Below are positions 41,301 through 53,300 of a DNA stretch of 64,000 bases, in pieces. A program made the position numbers and the translations under genes. Under the pieces are notes generated by a model. It was not told the origin of the DNA, ran no database searches, and saw nothing but the letters and a program-made list of their open reading frames with translations. The DNA is taken from positions 930,001-994,000 of the forward strand of contig JAWMAR010000478.1 of NCBI GenBank assembly GCA_036785375.1. The letters run 5' to 3'. Position 1 is the stretch's first letter; every line of letters starts with the position of its first letter. This stretch comes from Leucoraja ocellata. Lineage: Eukaryota.

Positions 41301-44300
41301 TAAATATATTATAGTTTAATATATTATTCGCTTAATCCACAAAGCACTGATAGACGGGTGACAGTCAATGTTAGAATACCGCAGAAGGCTAAAGGACCAA
41401 GGTTAATGTTCCATGTCGACGATCTGCCGGTGGTGACCCCGTCAGTGAGAGGAGCAGAATTCCCTCACGGTTGGCTTTACAAGGAGGGAAAAGGTAGTGA
41501 ATGAAGCGGGAATCCCAGGGATCAACATGGCTGATGTTGTTGTGATGAGTTGAGCTTAGGCCAGTTGAGTTGAATTTAGCTGAGTTTAGTGCAGTTGAGT
41601 TAAGTGCAATTGAGTTGAGTTGGATTTATGTAGTTACGTTCATGCAGCTGAGTTGAGCTTAGCGCAGTTGTGTTGAATGCAATTGGGTTGAGGTTGGTTG
41701 AGTTTAGTGGAGTTGATTTGAGTAAAGAGTTGAGTTGAGTTCATGTTGAGTTTTTAGTGCAGTTGAGTTGAGTTGAGTGCAGTTGAGAAGCCTTGGGATT
41801 CCTGCAGTTGAATTAGTTGCAATTTAGTAGATTTGTTTATTGCAGTTGAGTGTACTGTAGTTGAGTTGCAATGGTTTATATGCAGTTGAGTTGGGTTTAG
41901 TGCAGTTGATTTTAGTATGGTGCACTTGAGTCAAGCTCAATGCAGTTGAGTGCAGTTGAGATGAGTTGAAGTTGGTCTAATTGAGTTGAATATAATACAG
42001 TTGAGTTCATGCAGTTGAGTTGAGTAGGTTGGTGCAGTTTTAGTTTCATGCAGTCGTCTTGAGTTTCGAGCAGTTGAGTTGGTTTTCCTGCAGTTGAGCT
42101 GGGTTTAGTGCAGTTTAGTTCGGTTTAGTGCGGTTGTCGTTAGTTTAATTGAATGTAGTTAAGGTTAGTTAAGTTTAGCTTGAGTTTGGTGTAATTGGGT
42201 TGCGTTCAGTGCAGTTGTGGAGTTCAGTCACTGCGGTTGAGTGGAACGCAGTTGTAGAATGCCGTTGAGTGGAACGGAGTTAAGTGCAGTTGTGATGAGT
42301 TTATTGCTGGAGTTCACTGCAGTTGAGATTAGTGCTGTTGAGTTGATGTTAATGCTGTTGAGTTGAAAGGATCAAAGGTTATTTATAGGTCACTTACACC
42401 ATAGGTGTAGTGAAATGCTTGTTGCCAATGCAGCACATTAAGAAAAAAATAGACATAAATAGACATAGGGGGAGGAGACGGCGGGGGCTGGCAGGGCTGG
42501 GGGAGTTCGGTGTTTGTGCCCCCGGGATGTGGACTCCCCAGGCGGAGTGTGGGATGCTGTTCCTCCAGTTTCCGGTGTTGCTCGCTCTGGCGGTGGAGGG
42601 GACCCGGGACGGAGAGGTCGGGTTGGGAGTGGGAGGGGGAGTTGGGGTGCTGAGCCGTCGGGAGCTCAGATGGGTTGTTGCGGGCCGGGAGGAGGTGTTC
42701 GGCGAGGCCTGGGGAGGGGGTGGTGCGGGAGGGAGGGGAGGGGTTGGCGGGGGAGTTTCGGAGGGAGCGGTCTTTGCGGGGGGCAGACATGGGGGGGATG
42801 GGAGGATGTGGCGAGTGGTGGGAGCCCGTTGGAGGTGGCGGAGGTGGCGGAGGATTATGTGTTGTATTTTCCAGCTGGTGGGTGAAAGGTGAGGACTAGG
42901 GTGACTCTGCCCTTGTTGTGGGTGCGGCGATGGGGAGAGAGAGCAGTGTTACGGGGTATGGATGAGACCCTGGTGCGAGCCTCATCTATGGTGGCGGAGG
43001 GGAATCCCCGTTCCTATTATCTAAATGGTGGCCGATTGGGAAAGGGGGAGATGCAGCGAGACCTGGGTGTCATGGTACACCAGTCATTGAAGGTAGGCAT
43101 GCAGGTGCAGCAGGCAGTAAAGAAAGCGAATGGTATGTTAGCTTTCATTGCAAAAGGATTTGAGTATAGGAGCAGGGAGGTTCTACTGCAGTTGTACAGG
43201 GTCTTGGTGAGACCACACCTGGAGTATTGCGTACAGTTTTGGTCTCCAAATCTGAGGAAGGACATTATTGCCATTGAGGGAGTGCAGAGAAGGTTCACCA
43301 GACTGATTCCTGGGATGTCAGGACTGCCTTATGAAGAAAGACTGGATAGACTTGGTTTATACTCTCTAGAATTTAGGAGATTGAGAGGGGATCTTATAGA
43401 AACTTACAAAATTCTTAAGGGGTTGTACAGGCTAGATGTAGGAAGATTGTTCCCGATGTTGGGGAAGTCCAGGACAAGGGGTCACAGCTTAAGGATAAGG
43501 GGGAAATCCTTTAAAACCGAGATGAGAAGAACTTTTTTCACACAGAGTGGTGAATCTCTGGAACTCTCTGCCACAGAGGGTAGTTGAGGCCAGTTCATTG
43601 GCTATATTTAAGAGGGAGTTAGATGTGGCCCTTGTGGCTAAGGGGATCAGGGGGTATGGAGAAAAGACAGGTACGGGATACTGAGTTGGATGATCAGCCA
43701 TGATCATATTGAATGGCGGTGCAGGCTCGAAGGGCCGAATGGCCTACTCCTGCACCTAATTTCTATGTTTCTATGGTTCTATAACAATAATAAAGAGATT
43801 TAAACATAAAAAACATCCCCCCACAAAGGTTCCCATTGTGAGGGAAGGCACAATATCCAGTCCCCATCCCATGTGCACCCATAGTCGGGCCTATTGAGGC
43901 TTCCACATTCGCCTTTATGGTTGCCCAATGCAATTGAGTGTAGTTTAAGGCAGTTGTGTTGAAGTGTTGATGTTAGTCTTGCAACCTGCCTTCCTTGACT
44001 TCTAGGTGTATTTTTAGGTTGTGTAGGTTTGGGCCCGATCCGATAACTTGTCATCGCATACATTTTTCTCCACAGGTATTGGTAGACTCCAAGATTCCTT
44101 AGCTACAAAATTGTATATGACTGCTTTAATGTTTATTTCTGAGTTCGTTATCAAATATTACTTACGCTAGTCTGTTTTTTTGTCCCACAGGTGGGCCAAG
44201 TGGATATGATAACGGAGGCTACGGTAAATATATTATAGTTTAATATATTATTCACTTAATCCACAAAACAATGATGGACAGGTGACAGTCAATATTAGAA

Positions 44301-47300
44301 TACCGCAGAAGGCTAAAGGACCAGGGTTAATGTTCCATATCGACGACCTGCCGGTGGTGACCCCGTCAATGAGAGGAGCAGAATTCCCTCACGGTTGGCT
44401 TTACAAGGAGGGAAGGAAGGAAAAGGTAGTGAATGAAGCGGGAATCCCAGGGATCAACACGGCTGATGTTGTTGTGATGAGTTGAGCTTAGGTCAGTTGA
44501 ATTGAATATAGTTGAGTTTAGTGCAGTTGAGTTAAGTCCATTTGAGTTGAGTTGTATTTATCTAGTTACGTTCACGCAGCTGAGTTGAGCTTAGCGCAGT
44601 TGTGTTGAATGCAATTGGGTTCAGTTTAGTAGAGTTGAGTTGAGTTCATGTTGAGTTTTTAGTGCAGTTGAGTTTAGTGCAGTTGAGTAGCCTTGAGATT
44701 CGTGCAGTTGAGTTTAGTACAGTTGAATTAGTTGCAATTTAGTAGATTTGTTTATTGCAGTTGAGTGTACTGCAGTTGAGTTGCAATGGTTTAAGTGCAG
44801 TTGAGTTGGGTTTAGTGCAGTTGATTTTAGTATGGTGCACTTGAGTCAAGCTCAATGCAGTTGAGTGTAGTTTAAGGCAGTTGTGTTGAAGTGTTGATGT
44901 TAGTTTTGCAACCTGCCTTCCCTGACTTCCAGGTGTATTTTTAGCATGTAAACGTTTGGGCCCGATCCGATAACTTGTCATCGCATACATTTTTCTCCAC
45001 GGGTACTGGTAGACTCCAAGATTCGTTAGCTACAAAATAAACTGTATACGACTGCTTTATGTTTATTTCTGAATTTGTTATCAAATATTACTCACGCCAG
45101 TCTGTGTCTCCCACAGGAGGGTCAAGTGGATACGATAACGGAGGCTACGGTAAATATATTATTGTTTAATATTCTTCACTTAATCCACAAAACAATGATG
45201 GACAGGTGACAGTCAATGTTAGAATACCGCAGAAGGCTAAAGGACCAGGGTTAATGTTCCATGTCGACAACATGCCGGTGGTGACCCCGTAAGTGAGAGG
45301 AGCTGAATTCCCTCACAGTGGCTTTACAAGGAGGGAAAAGGTAGTGAATGAAGCAGGAATCCCCGAGATCAACACGATGGATGTTGTTGAATTGAGTTCA
45401 GTGCAGTTAAGTTGAATTTAGATGATTCGTGCAGTTGAGATGAGTTGAGGTTGGTCTAATTGAGTTGAATATAATACAGTTGAGTTCATGCAGTTGAGTT
45501 GAGTAGTTTAGTGCAGTTGAGTTACGTGCAGTCACCTTGAGTTTCGAGCAGATGAGTTGGTTTCCGTGCAGTTGAGCTGGGTTTACTTCAGTTTAGTGCA
45601 GTTGTTGTTAGTTTAATTGAATGTAGTTAAGGTGAGTTAACTTTAGCTTAGTGCAGTTGAGTTGAGTTTGGTGTAATTGGGTTGCGTTGAGTGCAGTTGG
45701 GGAGTTCAGTCACTGCGGTTGAGTGGAACGCGGTTGTGTAATGTGATTGAGTGGAATGGAGTTGATTGCAGTTGTGATGAGTTTATTGCTGGAGTTCACT
45801 GCAGTTGAGTTTAGTGCTGTTGAGTTGATGTTAATGCTGTTGAGTTGAAATGTTCAAAGGTTATTTATTGGTCACATACACCATAGGTGTAGTGTAATGC
45901 TTGTTGCCAATGCAGCACATTAAAAAGAAAATACAGACATAACAATAATAAAGAGATTTAAAAATAAAAAAACTGCTCCCCACAATGGTTCCCATTACAA
46001 GGGAAGGCACAATGTCCAGTCCCCATCCCATGTCCACCCATAGTCGGGCCTATTGAGCCCTCCGCAGTCGTCTTTATGGAGGCACGATGTTCCAGGCCTT
46101 TCTCGCCACATGATGGTGCTCCGTCGTCGGGGGAATCCTCTCAGCGGCATGGGAAACCTGGAACGGCCCCTTCCTCCCCGGAGACCGCAGCTTCCGAAGC
46201 TGGCAGGGCGCGCTGGATGGAGCTCCACCATTGGCGATCTTGTAGAGATATCCCAGGCTCCCGATGTTAAAATCAGCGCCGCTGCCCGCGGCTGACCGCT
46301 CCACAGACCTGCAGCTCCACGATGCTTCATTGCAGTTGAGTTGAAGTTAATGCTGTTGAGCTGATGATAATGACGATGAGCTGATGATAATGACGTTGAG
46401 CTGATTATAATGACGTTGAGATGATGATAATGACGTTGAGATGATGATAATGACGTTGAGATGATGATAATGGTGTTGAGTTGATGTTACTGCTGTTGAG
46501 TTGAGTTTACTGCTGTTGAGTTGAGTTTAGTACAGTTGGGCTGAGTTCAGTGCAGTTGAGTTCAGTGTCGTCGAGCGCAGTAGAGTAGAATGTAGATCAG
46601 TTCGGTTGTGTTTAATGATGTGCAGTCGAGTTTAGTGCAGCGGAGTTGTATGCAGTTGTGTTGAGTTTAATGCTGTTGAAGAGTTGAGTTCAGTGCATTT
46701 GAGTTTAGTGAAGGGGATTGTAGTGGATCTGAGTTGTGTTTGGTGCAGTTGTTATGAATTTCGTTCAATTAAGTATGGTGCACTTGGATTGAGCGGAGTT
46801 GAGTAGTTTTTTTTTAATTTAGCGCAGTTGAGGAGTTGGGTTGAGGGCTGTTAAGCTGTGTTGAGCTGAGTTGAGTTGTGTTTCGTGCGGTTGAGATGAA
46901 TGCAGTGGAGTCGGGTGCAGCGCAGTTCAGTTGAATTGAGAATAATGCAGTTGATTTCAGTGAAGTTGAGTTGCAAGTAGTTGAGTTGAATACAGCTGTG
47001 TTGCAGTAAATGCAGTTATGTTCAGTGGTGTTAAATATTGGAGGAATTGTGTGTTGTGTTGAGGTTAATGCAGTTGAGGAGTTGAGTTTAGTGCAGATGC
47101 GTTGAGTTTAGTGCAGTTGAACTGAGTGCAGTTGAGTTGCGTTTAATGCAGTTGGGTTGAGTTGAATGCAGATAAGTTGTGTTCAGGTAAATGCATTTGA
47201 GTGGAGTTGAGTATTGTGCAGTTGATTTGTGTTCAGTTTAGTGCAGTTGGGTTTATTCCACTTGAGCTGAGTTTAGTGCTGTTGATATAGTTCAGTTGAA

Positions 47301-50300
47301 TATAATGTAGTTGAGTTTGTGTTGGGTTTGTGTTGGGTTTGTGTTGGGTTTGTGTTGGGTTTGTGTTGGGTTTGTGTTGGGTTTGTGTTGGGTTTGTGTT
47401 GGGTTTGTGTTGGGTTTGTGTTGGGTTTGTGTTGGGTTGAGTGCGGTTGAGGTGAGAGTGGTTGACGTTATACTTGAGTTCAGTACAGTTGTGTTGAGGT
47501 AAATGCAGCTGGGTTGAGATGAGTTGAGTGGAGTGGAGTTTGTTGCATTTGAGTTGAGTAGGTACTGTTGAGTTTAATGTAGTTTGTTGAATATAATGCA
47601 TTTTACTTTAGTTTAGTATAGTGAAGCGGAGTTGAGTGCAGTTGTGTTGATGTCAGTGCAGCTTCTCTGAGTTGAGTTTAGTGCAGTTGGTTTAGTGCAG
47701 TTGAGTTGGGTTAAGTGTAGTTTTGTGGATGTTCGTGCAGTTGAGGAGATGAGTTTAGAGCTGCTGCGTTGCGTATGGTGCATCTGACTTGAGTTAAGTG
47801 CAGGTGAGTTGATTTGTGTTTACTGCAGTTGAGTTGTGGTGAATAGTGTTGAGTTGCGTTGAGATGAGTGCAGTTGAGTTGATTTTAATTCAGTTTAGTG
47901 AATTTCGGTTTAGATTGGTTTAGATCAGTTTTCTAACCTGTAGATCGTACCCATCACTCTGGGATAATAGTGGTCAACATCTTCTGTGCTCTTTCTAAAA
48001 CCACCATATGCTTCTTGGTTTGGGGTGAACATAACTGAACAAAATACACCCTAACCTAATTGCTGTAAGCTTGCATCCTGCCTTCCCTGACTTGAGTGTA
48101 TTTTTAGGTTGTGAAGGTTTGGGCACGATCCGATAACTTGTCATCGCATACATTTTTCTCCCCAGGTATTGGTAGTCTCTAAGATTCCTTAGCTGCAAAA
48201 TAAACTGTATACGACTTCTTTAATGTTTATTTCTGAATTCGTCATCAAATATTACTCACGCCAGTCTGTTTCTCCCACAGGAGGGTCAAGTGGATGTGAT
48301 AACGAAGGCTACGGTAAATATATTATAGTTTAATATATTGTTCATTTAATCCACAAAGCACTGATGGACAGGTGACAGTCAATGTTAGAATACCGCAGAA
48401 GGCTAAAGGACCAGGGTTAATGTTCCATGTCGACGACCTGCCGGTGGTGACCCCGTCAGTGAGAGGAGCAGAATTCCCTCACAGTGGCTTTACAAGGCGG
48501 GAAAAGGTAGTGAATGAAGCGGGAATCCCTGAGATCAACATGATGGATGTTGTTGAATTGAGTTCAGTGCAGTTATGTTGAATTTAGATGAGTCGTGCTG
48601 TTGAGATGAGTTGAGGTTGGTCTAATTGAGTTGAATATAATACAGTTGAGTTCATGCAGTGGAGTTGAGTAGGTTAGTGCAGTTGTGTTTCGTGCAGTCG
48701 TCTTGAGTTTCGAGCAGTTGAATTGGTTTTTGTGCAGTTGAGCTGGGTTTAGTGCAGTTTAGTTCGGTTTAGCGCAGTTATCGTTAGTTTAGTTGAATGT
48801 AGTTAAGGTGAGTTAAGTTTAGCTTAGTGCAGTTGAGTTGAGTTTGGTGTAATTGGGTTGCGTTGAGTGCAGTTGGGGAGTTCAGTCACTGCGGTTGAGT
48901 GGAATTCTGGTTGTGTAATGTGATTGAGTGGAACGGAGTTGAGTGCAGTTGTGATGAATTTATTGCTGGAGTTCACTGCAGTTGAGTTTAGTGCTGTTGA
49001 GTTGATGTTAATGCTTTTGAGTTGAAAGGTTCAAAGGTTATTTATTGGTCACATACACCGTAGGTGTAGTGAAATGCTTGTTGCCAATGCAGCACATAAA
49101 AAAAAATAAAAAAAAATACAGACATAACAATAATAAAGAGTCTTAAACATAAATGGTGCATCTGAGTTGGGTTGTGTACAGGTGAGTAAATTTGTGTTTA
49201 CTGCAGATGAGCTGTGATGAATTGTGTTGAGTTGCGTTGAGATGAGTGCAGTTGAGTTGATTTTTATTTAGTTTAGTTAATTTCAGTTTAGATTGGTTTA
49301 GATATGTTTTCTAACCTGTAGATCGTACCCATCACTCTGGGATAATACTGGTCAACATCTTCTGCGCTCTTTCCAAAACCACCATATGCTTCTTGGTTTG
49401 GGGTGAACATAACTGCACAAAATACATCCTAACCTAATTGCTGTAAGGTTGCACCCTGCCCTCCCCGAATTTGGGGTGTATTTTTATGTTGTGATGGTTT
49501 GGGCCCGATCCAATAACTTGTAATCACATACCTTTTTATCCACAGGTATTGGTAGACTCCAAGGTTCCTTAGCTACAAAATAAACGGGATAAGACAGAGT
49601 TAATGTTTATTTCTGAATTCGTCATCAAATATTACTCACGCCAGTCTCTTTCTCCCACAGGAGGGTCAAGTGGATACGATAAAGGAGGCTACGGTAAATA
49701 TATGTGGTTTAGTACATTCTTCACTTAATCCACAAAGCACTGATGGACAGGTGACAGTCAATGTTAGAATGCCGCAGAAGGCTAAAGGACCAGGGTTAAT
49801 GTTCCATGTCGATGACCTGCCAGTGGTGACCCCGTCAGTGAGAGGAGCAGAATTCCCTCACGGTTGGCTTTACAAGGAGGGAAAAGGTAGTGAATGAAGC
49901 AGGAATCCCAGGGATCAACACGGCTGATGTTGTTGTGATGAGTTGAGCTTAGGTCAGTTGAGTTGAATTTAGCTGAGTTTAGTACAGTTGAGTTAAATTC
50001 AATTGAGTTGAGTTGGTTTTATGTAGTTACGTTCATGCAGCTGAGTTGAGCTTAGCACAGTTGTGTTCAATGCAATTGGGTTGAGGATGGTTGAGTTTAG
50101 TACAGTTGAGTTCATGTTGAGTTTTTTGTGCAGTTGTGTTGAATGAAAATGGTTGAGGTTATTGCAGTTGAGTTTTTTGTGCAGTTGAGTTTTGTGCATT
50201 TGATTTGAGTTTAGTGCAGTTGAGTTGCCTTGAGATTCGTGCAGTTTAATACAGTTGAATTAGTTGCAATTTAGTTGATTGTTTATTGCAGTTGAGTGTA

Positions 50301-53300
50301 CTGCAGTTGAGTTGCGATGGTTTTAGTGCAGTGCAGTTGATTTTAGTATGGTGCACTTGAGTCAAGCTCAATGCAGTTGAGTGTAGTTTAAGGCAGTTGT
50401 GTTGATGTGTTGATGTTAGTGCAGCTTCTCTGAGGAGTTTAGTGCAGTTGAGTTGGGTTATGTGTAGTTTTGTTGATGTTCGTGCAGTTGAGGAGATGAG
50501 TTTAGTGCAGTTGTGTTGCGTGTGGTGCAGTTGAGTTAAGTGTAGGGGATTTTATTTCTGTTTACCGCAGTTGAGTTGATGTGAATTGTGTTGAGTTGAG
50601 ATTAGTGCAGTTGAGTAGATATTAATTTAGTTTACTGAATTTCAGTTTAGAATGGTTTAATTAAGTTTACTAACCTGTAGCTCCCACCCACCACTCTGGG
50701 AATAATTCTGGTTAACCTCTTCTGCACTCTTTTGAAAACCACCATGACTTTCTCAGATTATGTTGAACATAACTGAACACAATACACCCAAACCAAATTG
50801 CTGTAAGGTTGCATCCCGCCTTGCCTGACTTTGGGGTGTATTTTTAAGTTGTGAAGGTTTGTGCATGATCCGATCAATTGTCATCACAATCGTTTTTTCT
50901 CCACAGGTACTGATCAACTCCACGATTCCTTAGCTATGAAATAAACTGCATACGACTGAGTTAAAATGTCAATTTCTGAATTCTTGTCATGCAATATTAT
51001 TGACGCTTGTCTGTTTCCCCCACAGGAGGGTCAAGTGGATCCGATAAGAACGAAGGCTATGGTAAATTTATAGTAGTTTAATATATTCTTTACTTAATCC
51101 ACAAAACGCTGATGGACAGGTGACAGCCAATTTTGGAATAACGCTGAAGGCTAAAGGACCAGAGATAATATTTCATGTCGACGACCTGCCAGTGCAGACA
51201 ACGTCAGCGAATGGAGCAGAATTCCCTCACGGTTTGCTTTTCACCGAGGGAAATGGTAGTGAATGAAGCAGGAATCCCAAGGATCAACATGACAGATGTT
51301 GTTGAGTTGAGTTCAGTGCAGTTGAGTTGAATTTAAATGAGTTGAATGCATTTGCGATGAGTTGAGTTTAGTCCAATTGAGTTGAATATAATGGCATTGA
51401 ATTAATGCAGTTTAGTTGAGTAGGTTAGCGGAGTTGAGTTGTGTTGGGTTTCGTGCAGGTGTGTTGGGTTTCGTGCAGTTGTCGTTAGTGAAGGTGAGTT
51501 ACGTTTAGCTTTGTGCAGTTGAGTTCTGTGCAATTCTGTTGTGATGAGTGTAATTGAGGAGTTCAGTTACTGCGTTTGAGTGGAATGCTGTTGAGTGGAA
51601 CATAGTTGAGTGCAGTTGTGATGACTTTATTGCTGGAGTTCACTGAAGTTGAGTTTAGTGCTGTTGAGTTGATGTTAATGCTGGTGATGTTAATGTTGTT
51701 GAGCTAATGTTAATGCTCTTGAGTTGATGTTATAAATATGAAGTTATCCATTTTGGTGGCAAAAACGGGAAAGCAGACTATTATCTAAATGGTGGCCCAT
51801 TGGGAAAGGGGGAGATGCAGCGAGACCTGGGTGTCATGGACGTCATTGAAGGTAGGCATGCAGGTGCAGCAGGCAGTAAAGAAAGCGAATGGTATGTTAG
51901 CTTTCATTGCAAAAGGATTTGAGTATAGGAGCAGAGAGGTTCTACTGCAGTTGTACAGGGTCTTGGTGAGACCACACCTGGAGCATTGCGTACAGTTTTG
52001 GTCTCCAAATCTGAGGAAGGACATTATTGCCATAGAGGGAGTGCAGAGACGGTTCACCAGACTGATTCCTGGGATGTCAGGACTGTCTTATGAAGAAAGA
52101 CTGGATAGACTTGGTTTATACTCTCTAGAATTTAGAAGATTGAGAGGGGATCTTGTAGAAACTTCCAAAATTCTTAAGGGGTTGGACAAGCTAGATGCAG
52201 GAAGATTGTTCCCGATGTTAGGGAAGTCCAGGACAAGGGGTCACAGCTTAAGGATAAGGGGGAAATCCTTTAAAACCGAGATGAGGAGAACTTTTTTCAC
52301 ACAGAGAGTGGTGAATCTCTGGAACTCTCTGCCACAGAGGGTAGTTGAGGCCAGTTCATTGGCTATATTTAAGAGGGAGTTAGATGTGGCCCTTGTGGCC
52401 AAGGGGATCAGAGGGTATGGAGAGAAGGCAGGTACGGGATACTGAGTTGGATGATCAGCCATGATCATATTGAATGGCGGTGCAGGCTCGAAGGGCCGAA
52501 TGGCCTACTCCTGCACCTAATTTCTATGTTTCTATGTTTCTATGATGTTAATGCTGTTGAGGTTATGTTAGTGCTGTTGAGCTGTGTTTAGTGCAGTTCG
52601 GTTGAGTTCAAAGCAGTTGAGTTTGATGCAGTCGAGTGCATTTGAGTTGAGTTTAGTGCAGTTCATTCGAGTTAAATGATGTTGAGTCGAGTTTAAAGCG
52701 GCGGAGATGTCTGCAGTTGTGTTAAGTTTAATGCTGTTGTGGAGTTGAGTTCAGTGCATTTGAATTTGGTGCAGTTGTGTGTAGTTTATTTCAGTGAACG
52801 TGTTGAGTTTAGTGAAGGTGATTGTAGTGGAGCTGGGTTGTGTTTAGTGCAGTTGGTTGAAGTTCGTCCAATTGAGTTCAGTTGAGTATGGTGCACTTGG
52901 ATTGAGCGGAGTTGAGTTTATTTTTTATGAAGTTAGTGCAGTTGAGGAGTTGAATTGAGGGCTGTTAAGCTGTGTTGAGCTTAGTGCAGCTGAGTGGAGT
53001 TGTGTTTTGTGCGGTAGAGATGAATATAGTGCAGTGGGGTTTAGTGCAGTTCAGTTGAATTGAGTATAATGCAGTTAATTTTAGTGAAGTTGAGTTTCAA
53101 GTAGTTGAGTTGAATACAGTTATGTTGCGGGAAATGCAGTTGGGTTCAGTGGTGTTAAATATCGTGCAGATAAGTTGAGTGTAGTTGAGGAATTATGTGT
53201 TGTGATGAGGTTAATGCAGTTGAGGTGTTGAGTTGAGTGCAGATACGTTGCGTTGAGTTCAGTTGATTTAAGTGCAGTTGAGTTGCGTTTAATGCAGTTG

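Noticed and set aside
42889-43587. 232-aa ORF as a fusion gene
   Set aside because: It is chance read-through from antisense Penelope sequence into a truncated CR1 RT tail, with a frameshift near the end.
47233-47601. ORFs with TQHKPNTNPTQ or LCWVCVGFVLG repeats
   Set aside because: They are translations of an 11-bp minisatellite.
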